Part shown: piece after piece, positions 30,097 through 38,862 of the stretch
Layout: the number at the start of each line of letters is the position of its first letter
Numbering within the stretch: position 1 is the stretch's first letter
Assembly: GCA_964426525.1 (NCBI GenBank)
Contig: CAYRQL010000002.1
Coordinates: forward strand, 12,753 to 76,752
Reading direction: 5' to 3'
From: an uncultured Actinomycetota bacterium
GTDB taxonomy: Bacteria > Actinomycetota > Aquicultoria > SKW223 > CALKMS01
Length of the DNA stretch: 64,000 nt
Made by a program: the position numbers and the translations under genes
The notes under the pieces: generated by a model
Seen by the model: only the letters and a program-made list of their open reading frames with translations
Database searches by the model: none
What the model was told of the DNA's origin: nothing

Positions 30097-30939
30097 TCAA
30101 TTACTTTTTAATGCGTCAGCTACTTTGACTGCTCTCAAAGCTTCTCTTACATCATGAACCCGCAGTATGTTAGCGCCTTTTATTACCCCAATCGCCACTA
30201 CCGCTAATGTTCCCTCCAATCTCTCTTCAACTGGCAAATCAAGAATAAGACCAATAAAAGACTTTCTTGAAGGACCGAGTAGAATTGGACAACCAAGCGA
30301 TTTAAAGTAGTCCAGATGACGAATTAGCTCAAGGTTATGTTCCAGAGTTTTACCAAAACCAATGCCAACATCAACAATTACTTGCTCAGGAGTCAAACCA
30401 GCTTTAAAAGCTTTGTCCCGCTGAGCTGAAAGAAAATCGTAAACTTCTCGAACAACATCTTCATAAACCGGGTTTTCCTGCATAGTTTTAGGAATGCCTT
30501 TCATATGCATTATAACCACCGGCTTTTTAGCTTCAGACACTAATTCCAGCATTCCTGGTTGGCGCAAACCATAAACATCGTTAATGAGGTCAGCCCCAGC
30601 CTCTAGAGCTTCACCGGCAACCTCAGGCTTATAAGTATCTATTGAGATTATAACCTCTGTTTCCTTTCTTAATTGCTTAATTACTGGAACAACTCGATTG
30701 ATCTCTTCTTTTAAAGGAACAGCTTGAGCACCTGGTCTAGTTGACTCTCCTCCAACATCAATAATGTCGGCTCCCTCCTTATGCATTTGTAAAGCACGTT
30801 TAACAGCGTCAGAAAAGCAATAATAGAGGCCGCCATCAGAAAAAGAGTCGGGAGTAACATTTAGAATTCCCATAATCAAAGGCCGCTGCCTGGAAAAATC
30901 AATAACTTGATCTCTAATCCTTAAGCGAGGACAGGTCAT
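30097..30939 (-). CDS. folP: Dihydropteroate synthase
   Basis: MGILNVTPDSFSDGG, GGESTRPG, SIDT, GIGFGK, SRKSFIG, RVHDV. Confidence 0.98.
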   Translation of the reverse strand: MTCPRLRIRDQVIDFSRQRPLIMGILNVTPDSFSDGGLYYCFSDAVKRALQMHKEGADIIDVGGESTRPGAQAVPLKEEINRVVPVIKQLRKETEVIISIDTYKPEVAGEALEAGADLINDVYGLRQPGMLELVSEAKKPVVIMHMKGIPKTMQENPVYEDVVREVYDFLSAQRDKAFKAGLTPEQVIVDVGIGFGKTLEHNLELIRHLDYFKSLGCPILLGPSRKSFIGLILDLPVEERLEGTLAVVAIGVIKGANILRVHDVREALRAVKVADALKSN

Positions 30940-31001
30940 CGTTCCTTCTTTCCCGCCTTCTCAGTTAAATCCAACTTTCCAAACGCTTCCCGTAAGCTTT
31001 T

Positions 31002-32096
31002 TTACCCCTGTTTCTCTTTGGGCTGATAAACGCAGTAAGGTTCTTCGGCTAAATAATCACCGTAAATAGAGTAAGCGCGGGCTCGACATCCGCCACAGAA
31101 CTCAACAAACTCACAGCGACCACATCGACCCTTAAGCTGGCTAAAATCTCTTAACTTAAGGAAAAGTGGCGAGCTTTCCCAAATTTTCCGAAATCCTTCT
31201 TCCCTTACCTTGCCTGCCAAGACCTCCAGATAACCACAAGGATAAACTTCCCCCTCGTGAGAAACAAAACAAAAACTTATCCCGCCAAGACAACCCCGAG
31301 TCATTCTTTCATATCGCTGATGGGGAAGTTCGACTGGTAACCCCTCCTTTCGACTTCGCTGAACAAAAATCCGATAGTAATGAGGAGCGCAAGTTGGCTT
31401 AATAAAAAGTTCTTCTTTTCGTTGAACCTGATAAAGCCAGTTTAAAGTCTTTTCGTAATTCGCCGGCGATATTTCTTCTTCTTTTAAATCTTTAGCTCTA
31501 CCCGTAGGCACCAAAAGAAAAACATGCCAGGCAACCGCGCCAACCTTTTTTACCAGTTCCAAAAGATTCTGAAGGTCATTGAGATTGTGCTTGGTAACAG
31601 TGGTGTTTATTTGAAAACTTATTCCCGCTCGTTTCAAAGCTTCAATCCCCCTTAAAGCGCCTTCAAAAGCACCGGGCACCCTACGAAAGGTATCGTGAAT
31701 TTCAGCGGTCGAACCATCAATGCTTATAGAAACCCTGTCTATTCCAACTTTTCTCATCTCCCTGGTAACTGTGTCGTCAACTAAGGTTCCGTTAGGAGCC
31801 ATCACCATTGTCAAACCCAATTGTTTCCCATAAGCAGCAATGTCAAAGATATCAGAGCGCAAGAGCGGCTCGCCACCAGTCAAAATAATTACTGGACGGG
31901 CAAAAGAGGCAACTTCAGATAAAAAGTCAAATGATTCTTTGGTGGAAAACTCAGTTGGTAAAGGTTCGTTAACCGCAGCAGCCCGACAATGCACACAATC
32001 AAGATTACATGCTCGGGTAACCTCCCAAGCAATCATTCTCAAGGGAGACTTTTTAAGGTCTTTCTGAGCTTCATCGAAAGTAAATTTTTTCTCCAT
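31002..32096 (-). CDS. ahbD: Radical SAM/SPASM heme b synthase (alternative heme pathway)
   Basis: WEVTRACNLDCVHCRA, TGGEPLLR, PTCAPHYYR, SPASM GCLGG...YPCGY...CGRCEFVEFCGGCRARAY; adjacent to hemB. Confidence 0.8.
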   Translation of the reverse strand: MEKKFTFDEAQKDLKKSPLRMIAWEVTRACNLDCVHCRAAAVNEPLPTEFSTKESFDFLSEVASFARPVIILTGGEPLLRSDIFDIAAYGKQLGLTMVMAPNGTLVDDTVTREMRKVGIDRVSISIDGSTAEIHDTFRRVPGAFEGALRGIEALKRAGISFQINTTVTKHNLNDLQNLLELVKKVGAVAWHVFLLVPTGRAKDLKEEEISPANYEKTLNWLYQVQRKEELFIKPTCAPHYYRIFVQRSRKEGLPVELPHQRYERMTRGCLGGISFCFVSHEGEVYPCGYLEVLAGKVREEGFRKIWESSPLFLKLRDFSQLKGRCGRCEFVEFCGGCRARAYSIYGDYLAEEPYCVYQPKEKQG

Positions 32097-32169
32097 TTTA
32101 CGCTTCCTCTCTTTTATTAAAAATTAAAAACCCTAAATGTAAAAATTTACAAAGCTGACTTTGAAAGCT

Positions 32170-33147
32170 TTAGCCTTCTCTTAACCAGCGTGCCACTTCT
32201 TTGGCATGATAGGTAAGAATCAAATCGGCACCTGCTCTTTTGATTGAAGTTAAAATCTCTATAACGAGCTTTTTTTCATCAAGCCAACCATTCTTTACTG
32301 CCGCTTTAACCATTGAATACTCGCCAGACACATTGTAAGCCGCTGTTGGATAGCCAAATTCGTCCTTAACTCTCCTGATTACATCAAGATACGATAAGGC
32401 TGGTTTCACCATTACGATATCCGCTCCTTCTTCAATGTCCAGAGCCACCTCCCTCAAAGCCTCCAGAACATTTGGTGGATCCATCTGGTAAGAACGGCGA
32501 TCACCAAATTGTGGCGCTGACTCGGCTGCCTCCCGAAAAGGCCCGTAAAAAGCAGAAGCGTATTTGGCGGCGTAAGAGAGAATAGGAGTGTTCTTAAAAC
32601 CTGACCCATCTAAACTAGAGCGGATAGCCGCCACTCGCCCATCCATCATATCAGAAGGAGCAATAATATCAGCCCCGGCTTCAGCATGGGAAACCGCAGT
32701 TTGAGCTAGAAGTTCCAAGGTAATATCATTATCAACTTCTCCGTTTTTTATTACTCCACAGTGACCATGGCTGGTGTATTCGCAAAGACAAACATCAGTA
32801 ATAACAATAATCTCTGGGACTTCCTTTTTGATTGCTCTTATAGCTCTTTGAACAATTCCCTCTTCAGAATAAGCACCGCTGGCTGCCTCATCCTTGCTTT
32901 CAGGAATCCCAAAAAGGATAACAGCCGGAATGGATAAAGAATGAACCTCTGCCACTTCTTTAACCAACTCATCGACAGAAAAACGAAAGACGCCCGGCAT
33001 TGAACCTACCTCTTCTTTTATTTTGCTTCCCGGAAGAACAAACAAAGGGTAAATAAGGTCTTCAACAGAAAGAGACGTTTCTCGTACCATACGCCGCAAA
33101 CTTTCGTTTTTTCTCAGGCGCCGAAGCCTCAAAACGGGAAAGTTCAA
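32170..33147 (-). CDS. hemB: Porphobilinogen synthase
   Basis: [14 protein letters not shown] zinc site, [29 protein letters not shown]. Confidence 0.99.
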   Translation of the reverse strand: MNFPVLRLRRLRKNESLRRMVRETSLSVEDLIYPLFVLPGSKIKEEVGSMPGVFRFSVDELVKEVAEVHSLSIPAVILFGIPESKDEAASGAYSEEGIVQRAIRAIKKEVPEIIVITDVCLCEYTSHGHCGVIKNGEVDNDITLELLAQTAVSHAEAGADIIAPSDMMDGRVAAIRSSLDGSGFKNTPILSYAAKYASAFYGPFREAAESAPQFGDRRSYQMDPPNVLEALREVALDIEEGADIVMVKPALSYLDVIRRVKDEFGYPTAAYNVSGEYSMVKAAVKNGWLDEKKLVIEILTSIKRAGADLILTYHAKEVARWLREG

Positions 33148-33239
33148 CTAAACCGCCTCCTTTTAAGAAAAAAAATTTTAAAGGTAATTCATTTTACCAG
33201 AGTAGGACGGACTAAAAAAATTACTATTTGGGGCAGCTC

Positions 33240-34595
33240 TCAGTGATAACTTGAAGAAGGTTCAGATGTAAATCCATGATTAATTTTTTCGCCTTCCCAA
33301 ACTCGGAAAAAAGCCTGAACAACCTGCGGGTCAAACCTCTTAGGGACACCTTTCTGTATAAGCCTTAAAGCTTCTTGATTTTCTTCTGACCGCCGGTGAG
33401 CGCGCCGGTGAGTTAAGGCTTCAAAAACATCGGCAACCGCAATAATTCGAGAGCCAAGCGGAATTTGTTCTCTTTTTAATCCCAAAGGATAACCGGTACC
33501 ATCACACTTTTCGTGGTGAGAATAAACCATTGAAATAATTCTCTGAGGGAAGCGTGCCTTCTCTAAAATCGCCTTTCCTAATTCTACATGCCGTTCTACT
33601 TCTTCCCGTTCTTTTGGACTTAACTTGCCTGGCTTTTCCAACACCAGCTTATCAACACCACCCAGACCAACATCGTGTATTAAACCCGCCAGTTGAATCT
33701 CTCTTACTTCAAAATCGCTTAAACCCAGCTCCTCAGCAATCCGGCCAGACAAGTAAGCTACTTCCCGAGCATGCCCTCGACGAGTCGGAGCTTCTAATTC
33801 AATCCAGTTTATTAATTCTTCAGCTAACCCTTTCAACATATCTTCCTTCTCATTCAAAAGATAAGCATTTGCCATTGCAATCTCCATTCCTTTGCTCAAA
33901 TGTTTAATTTGCTCATAATCAGTTTCAACAAAATGATTCTCTTTTCTCCAAAAACCAACCAAGCCAACCAACTTTCCTTCGAAATTTAGAGGCAAAGTGA
34001 TCAACGAAAACCTAAGAGCCTCCGGCTTGCTTCGAGTTTTACTTCCAAGTGAAACGGCATCAAAATATTCTGTCTTCCCCTGTGTGTAAATTTCCTTAAC
34101 TTTATTTATCACTGCTTCTTGGATCTCAAAACTTTGTTCATCAGGAGTCTCAATCATTATCTGAGCTTTCCCTTCAGCAAAAAAAATTATTCCTCCGTCA
34201 GCCTCCAAAAGTCTTAATAAAACCTTGAGAAACTCAGGGAGCCCTGAAACCTGTTTTAAATGAAAAAGCCTTATAATATTCTCGTTGAGCATTTGTATAG
34301 CCTCCGAGTTTCTCTTCAACTGAAAACTATTATCAGTTACTTGTTCTATTAACTTTTGAATTTTCTTTTGTTCATTGCGAGAAAGCCAGGTTAAATAAAT
34401 AAGGAAGCCTACTATCAAAACAGCAAATAAGACTTTATAAAGGTCCCATAAAGTCCCAAGCTTAACAAAGCCAAAGTAATCAAAAGAGTAGACCATCACA
34501 AAGAAAGCGATAGTCAAAAAGAAAGCTAAAAGCGTTACACTCAGTTGAATTTTCCAGCGCTTTTTTTCAGCTTGACGGTAATCTTCTTCCTTCAT
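33240..34595 (-). CDS. Membrane-bound GAF + HD-GYP domain protein
   Basis: Two N-terminal TM helices, a GAF-like middle region, HD, and HHEKCDGTGYPLGL...IIAVAD. Confidence 0.9.
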   Translation of the reverse strand: MKEEDYRQAEKKRWKIQLSVTLLAFFLTIAFFVMVYSFDYFGFVKLGTLWDLYKVLFAVLIVGFLIYLTWLSRNEQKKIQKLIEQVTDNSFQLKRNSEAIQMLNENIIRLFHLKQVSGLPEFLKVLLRLLEADGGIIFFAEGKAQIMIETPDEQSFEIQEAVINKVKEIYTQGKTEYFDAVSLGSKTRSKPEALRFSLITLPLNFEGKLVGLVGFWRKENHFVETDYEQIKHLSKGMEIAMANAYLLNEKEDMLKGLAEELINWIELEAPTRRGHAREVAYLSGRIAEELGLSDFEVREIQLAGLIHDVGLGGVDKLVLEKPGKLSPKEREEVERHVELGKAILEKARFPQRIISMVYSHHEKCDGTGYPLGLKREQIPLGSRIIAVADVFEALTHRRAHRRSEENQEALRLIQKGVPKRFDPQVVQAFFRVWEGEKINHGFTSEPSSSYH

Positions 34596-34839
34596 CTTTC
34601 ATCAACTCTTAAGTCTATTAATTATTTTCGGCCAGAAGCCTTAAATTTTTAGTATTTTTGATTTTAATGTTAAGAAATATCCAGTCTTACAATCGAAAAT
34701 TTCTTAAAACACTTAGCCTAATAAAACTCGCAGTTAAAACTCTAAATAAGCTATTCGCTAACTTAATTGCTTAAATTAGTTTTTTATTTACTTTTTATTT
34801 CTAATAGTCTAAAATATGTAAATTGAGGGAATATAAGCT

Positions 34840-35433
34840 GTGAGCGAAAAAGCACTAAAAAAAAATACACCTTTTGCAATTAACCCAAATCTCTTGGCTT
34901 CAGCTATATTTATTCCAGCTTTAATTGGTTCAATCTGGCTAATCAGCGCACTACTTATTGCTGTTGGCTTGCGAAAGACTTCCGCTCAGCCCATTTCTCT
35001 CTTCTTCCTTTCTTTTTTCGGAATTTATTTTCAAGCTGCCTTAGTCGGAATTTTAACCCCAAATTTCCTCAAAAGTGCGGGGAAAAATCCCTTTGTAGTC
35101 CTCCTGTCCACTCTGACAAGCGAACTTTTGGCTTTAGCTGGTTTTTATTGTTTCTTAAAGGTTTACTATGGAAGCTGGTTTTTGCCGGTGATAACTTTGA
35201 CCGAACCTTTAAATGACAGTTTTCTTCTTATCTCCATCTCAATAATAATTTCCCTTTTCTACTACTGGCTTTTTATTTATTCAGCCGAATCTCAATCTGA
35301 GCCCTTGGGAGAAAAACCCTTAGAAGAAAATAAGCCACAAATTTTAGAAGAAAAAACTGAAAATAAAACAAAAAATTCCTCATCCAAAAGCCGGAAAGCT
35401 AAACCAAGAAAAAAAGCGCCCAAAAGCCGCTAA
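34840..35433 (+). CDS. Hypothetical membrane protein (about 4 TM) with a basic C-terminal tail
   Basis: GTG start after GAGGG; hydrophobic segments; upstream of leuS on the same strand. Confidence 0.65.
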   Translation: MSEKALKKNTPFAINPNLLASAIFIPALIGSIWLISALLIAVGLRKTSAQPISLFFLSFFGIYFQAALVGILTPNFLKSAGKNPFVVLLSTLTSELLALAGFYCFLKVYYGSWFLPVITLTEPLNDSFLLISISIIISLFYYWLFIYSAESQSEPLGEKPLEENKPQILEEKTENKTKNSSSKSRKAKPRKKAPKSR

Positions 35434-35530
35434 GTCTTTCACTTCATTATTCAGTTGAAATCAATTAAGCTTTATTTTATTTTATAATCCAAACTTTATT
35501 AACCTATTTGAGGAGGATAAGTAGAAAAAA

Positions 35531-37996
35531 TTGAGTAGTTACAAATTCAAGGGAATAGAAGAAAAATGGCAGCAAGCATGGGAAGAAAGTAAAATTTACC
35601 AGGTAGAAGAAGACAAAAAAAAACCAAAAAAATACATTCTTGAAATGTTTCCCTATCCTTCTGGACCCATTCATATGGGGCATGTTCGCAACTACTCAAT
35701 TGGTGATGTAACTGTTCGTTACCACCGTATGAAGGGGTTCAATGTTCTTTACCCGATGGGATTTGATGCCTTCGGCCTGCCCGCTGAAAACGCTGCTATA
35801 GCCGCTGGAGTTCATCCCAAGAAGTGGACTCTAAATAACATTGAAATCATGAGAAAGCAGTTAAAGCAGTTAGGACTTTCCTATGATTGGCGAAGAGAAG
35901 TGGTAACTTGCTTGCCTGAGTACTATCGTTGGGGACAATGGATTTTTTTGCAGTTCTATAAAAAAGGCTTGGCTTACCGCAAAGAAGCCCCGGTTAACTG
36001 GTGTCCTAAATGCGAAACAGTCCTAGCCAACGAACAAGTCATAGGAGGTCGGTGCTGGCGCTGCGATAGTTTGGTTGGGCGAAAAAATCTTGAACAGTGG
36101 TTTTTCAAAATCACCGCTTATGCCGAAGAACTTTTAAAAGACCTTGAAAAGCTGGAAGGCTGGCCGGAGCGAGTAAAAATTATGCAAAGAAACTGGATTG
36201 GCAAAAGTGAAGGCGCCGAGGTCAATTTTAAAATTAAAGAAACAGGAGAAGTCATTCCGATTTTTACTACTCGTCCTGACACTCTTTACGGCGTTACCTT
36301 TTTTGCTCTTTCCCCCGAACATCCGCTGGCTCAAAAATTAACTTCTCAGGAAAATAAACCAATCTTGGAAAAACTTATTCGTCAGCAAAACCAAGCAGCT
36401 GACGAAGCTCGCTCAGGATCAACAGCTGAAAAAGAAGGCTATTTCACAGGTGCTTATGCTATCAACCCTTTAAACAATCAGGAAGTCCCTATCTGGGTAG
36501 CCAACTATGTTTTAATGGAATACGGTACGGGTGCCATTATGGCTGTTCCTGCCCACGACGAAAGAGATTACGAATTTGCTATCAAATATAACTTGCCCAT
36601 TATTGAAGTTATTAAACCTGTAAACGGACCAGGCGTTTTTGAATTAAAAGAAGCCTATATTGGAGAAGGAATAATGGTGAACTCCGGTCCCTTTAACGGA
36701 CTATCCAGCAAAGAAGGGATTAAAAAAGTCACTTCATACCTTGAAGAAAAAGGCTTAGGTCGTTACGCAGTTAATTACAAACTGCGCGACTGGTTGATTT
36801 CTCGCCAGAGATATTGGGGGAACCCCATACCCATAGTTTACTGTGAAAAATGCGGGACTGTCCCGGTGCCCGAAAAGCAGCTCCCTGTTTATTTGCCTGA
36901 AGAGGTTGAGTTTAAGGCTAAAGGTGGTTCTCCTCTGGCTAACCTTCCCGCATTTATTAACACCAATTGCCCTTCTTGCGGCAGGAATGCTAAAAGGGAG
37001 ACTGACACAATGGATACTTTCACCTGTTCTTCCTGGTATTTTTTCCGCTATACTAGCCCAGGAGAAAATGAAGAAATTTTTAATAAAGAAAAAGTCGCTT
37101 ACTGGATGCCAGTTGACCAGTATATAGGTGGTATAGAACATGCTATTTTACACCTCCTCTACGCACGATTTTTCACTAAAGTTTTGCGTGATTTAGGCTT
37201 AACCAAAATCGACGAACCTTTCACCAACCTGCTAACTCAGGGAATGGTTATCAAAGACGGTGCAAAAATGAGTAAGTCTAAAGGCAACATCGTTGATCCA
37301 GCCTACATTATTGACCAATACGGAGCTGACACTACCAGACTTTTTATTCTTTTTGCCTCCCCTCCTGAGAAGGACCTTGAATGGAGTGATAAAGGAGTTG
37401 AAGGAGTACACCGCTTTTTAAACAGAGTCTGGCGCTTAATTGATGAAAACCAAAAAGTATTTATAACCAATTCTTCAGGAGAACTTGACATCTTAGACCG
37501 AAAACTTCAGCAAAAACTTCATGCCACCGTCAAAAAAGTTACTGAAGACATTGAAAACAGTTTTAACTTCAACACAGCAATTGCTGCTTTAATGGAGTTA
37601 GTTAACGATTTTTATGATTACAACGACAAAAAACCAGCAAACAAAAGAAATTCTAATTTAGTTAAAGAAGCAAGCGAGAAGCTCATCTTAATGTTAGCGC
37701 CTTTTGTTCCTCACTTGGCTGAGGAACTCTGGGAAAAAATAGGATATTCTGATAGTGTCCACCAACAAAAATGGCCAGTTTACAATCCTGAACTTATTAA
37801 AACTGATGAAGTCGAAATTGCCATCCAGGTCAACGGCAAGCTGAGGCAAAGACTAACTTTGCCGGTAAACCTTTCAACGGAAGAAATAAAAAAATTAGCG
37901 CTTGAAGACAGTCGGGTTCAAAAATTTATTGAGAACAAAGAAGTTGTCAAAGTTATTTGTGTCCCCCAGAAATTAGTTAACATTGTGGTTAAATAA
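35531..37996 (+). CDS. leuS: Leucine--tRNA ligase
   Basis: MFPYPSGPIHMGH, FTTRPDT, GTGAIMAVPAHDERD, DWLISRQRYWG, KMSKS, QVNGKLR. Confidence 0.99.
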   Translation: MSSYKFKGIEEKWQQAWEESKIYQVEEDKKKPKKYILEMFPYPSGPIHMGHVRNYSIGDVTVRYHRMKGFNVLYPMGFDAFGLPAENAAIAAGVHPKKWTLNNIEIMRKQLKQLGLSYDWRREVVTCLPEYYRWGQWIFLQFYKKGLAYRKEAPVNWCPKCETVLANEQVIGGRCWRCDSLVGRKNLEQWFFKITAYAEELLKDLEKLEGWPERVKIMQRNWIGKSEGAEVNFKIKETGEVIPIFTTRPDTLYGVTFFALSPEHPLAQKLTSQENKPILEKLIRQQNQAADEARSGSTAEKEGYFTGAYAINPLNNQEVPIWVANYVLMEYGTGAIMAVPAHDERDYEFAIKYNLPIIEVIKPVNGPGVFELKEAYIGEGIMVNSGPFNGLSSKEGIKKVTSYLEEKGLGRYAVNYKLRDWLISRQRYWGNPIPIVYCEKCGTVPVPEKQLPVYLPEEVEFKAKGGSPLANLPAFINTNCPSCGRNAKRETDTMDTFTCSSWYFFRYTSPGENEEIFNKEKVAYWMPVDQYIGGIEHAILHLLYARFFTKVLRDLGLTKIDEPFTNLLTQGMVIKDGAKMSKSKGNIVDPAYIIDQYGADTTRLFILFASPPEKDLEWSDKGVEGVHRFLNRVWRLIDENQKVFITNSSGELDILDRKLQQKLHATVKKVTEDIENSFNFNTAIAALMELVNDFYDYNDKKPANKRNSNLVKEASEKLILMLAPFVPHLAEELWEKIGYSDSVHQQKWPVYNPELIKTDEVEIAIQVNGKLRQRLTLPVNLSTEEIKKLALEDSRVQKFIENKEVVKVICVPQKLVNIVVK

Positions 37997-38021
37997 GGCT
38001 TTTGCGCCTAAGTTAAAATTT

Positions 38022-38783
38022 TTAATCTATTCTTTCCGTTTTATTATTTTTTTCTGGTTCTTTTTCTTCGGTCTCTTTTAGAGTTTTAACGGCCACAGCA
38101 AAAATGTTCGGTCGGAGTTTATCTCGATGGGTATAACCAGCTTTTTTTATTCTAAATCCTACTTCCTTCAGTAATTTTTCAAGTTCAACCAGGGTAAAAG
38201 CGTGAACATATCGAAAGACCTTGCTTCTTCCCCGCTTCCAAGGAATAAAAGCGTCACGAAAGTCGATCTTGAAGCCGAACAAAAAATCTTTAAAAAAAGA
38301 CCAAATGAGATAGGGCAAATATTTCAGCTGCCAGAGATTCCAAACAGTAATAATTGCTAAGCCACCAGGCTTTAGTACTCTTTTTAACTCCTTAGCTGCT
38401 TGTAATCGAAGCTCAAAAGAAGGAAGATGATGGAAAAGAGCGATGGCAAAAACCTTATCAAAACTTTCATCTTTAAATGGAAGGTTTAATACATCCCCAA
38501 CTAAAAACTTTACCCCTTCCTTTATTCCGTACTTTTCTTCAGCCAATTTTATCAGAGTCGGCGAAGAATCAAGACCAACGTAATCAATTTTTCTCCAGAT
38601 ACCTTCAAGCAAGCGACCATTTCCGCAACCTGCGTCAAGTATTTTTTCACCATCCCGAACCAGCTCTACCAAAAAAGTAAGGTCTGGCCAGAAGCGCTGA
38701 CGAGTCTCAGAAAAAGAAGGGGCAATTTCTTCAAAATCTTGCTTGACTTGAGCCAAAAGCTCAAAGGCTCTTTTTTTCTTCAT
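38022..38783 (-). CDS. Class I SAM methyltransferase, Trm9/ALKBH8-like
   Basis: FEEIAPSFSETRQRFWP, ILDAGCGNGR, AIALFHHLPS...R, VLKPGG...ITVW, FIPW, RYVHAF...EL. Confidence 0.8.
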   Translation of the reverse strand: MKKKRAFELLAQVKQDFEEIAPSFSETRQRFWPDLTFLVELVRDGEKILDAGCGNGRLLEGIWRKIDYVGLDSSPTLIKLAEEKYGIKEGVKFLVGDVLNLPFKDESFDKVFAIALFHHLPSFELRLQAAKELKRVLKPGGLAIITVWNLWQLKYLPYLIWSFFKDFLFGFKIDFRDAFIPWKRGRSKVFRYVHAFTLVELEKLLKEVGFRIKKAGYTHRDKLRPNIFAVAVKTLKETEEKEPEKNNKTERID

Positions 38784-38862
38784 ACTTTAATTTTAGCTTA
38801 AATTAGCCAAGCATATGTAAACAATTCACATTTCTTTGCTTTGCTTTCAGAGGTAAAATTAC

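Noticed and set aside
34660-34712. 9-bp inverted repeat TTAAGAAAT...ATTTCTTAA in the HD-GYP divergent promoter region
   Set aside because: It is almost entirely A/T in a very AT-rich spacer, so plausibly chance.
35434-35530. T-box leaders upstream of leuS (also checked for valS, argS and alaS)
   Set aside because: The intergenic gaps are too short (under 100 bp, or overlapping), and I saw no T-box consensus.
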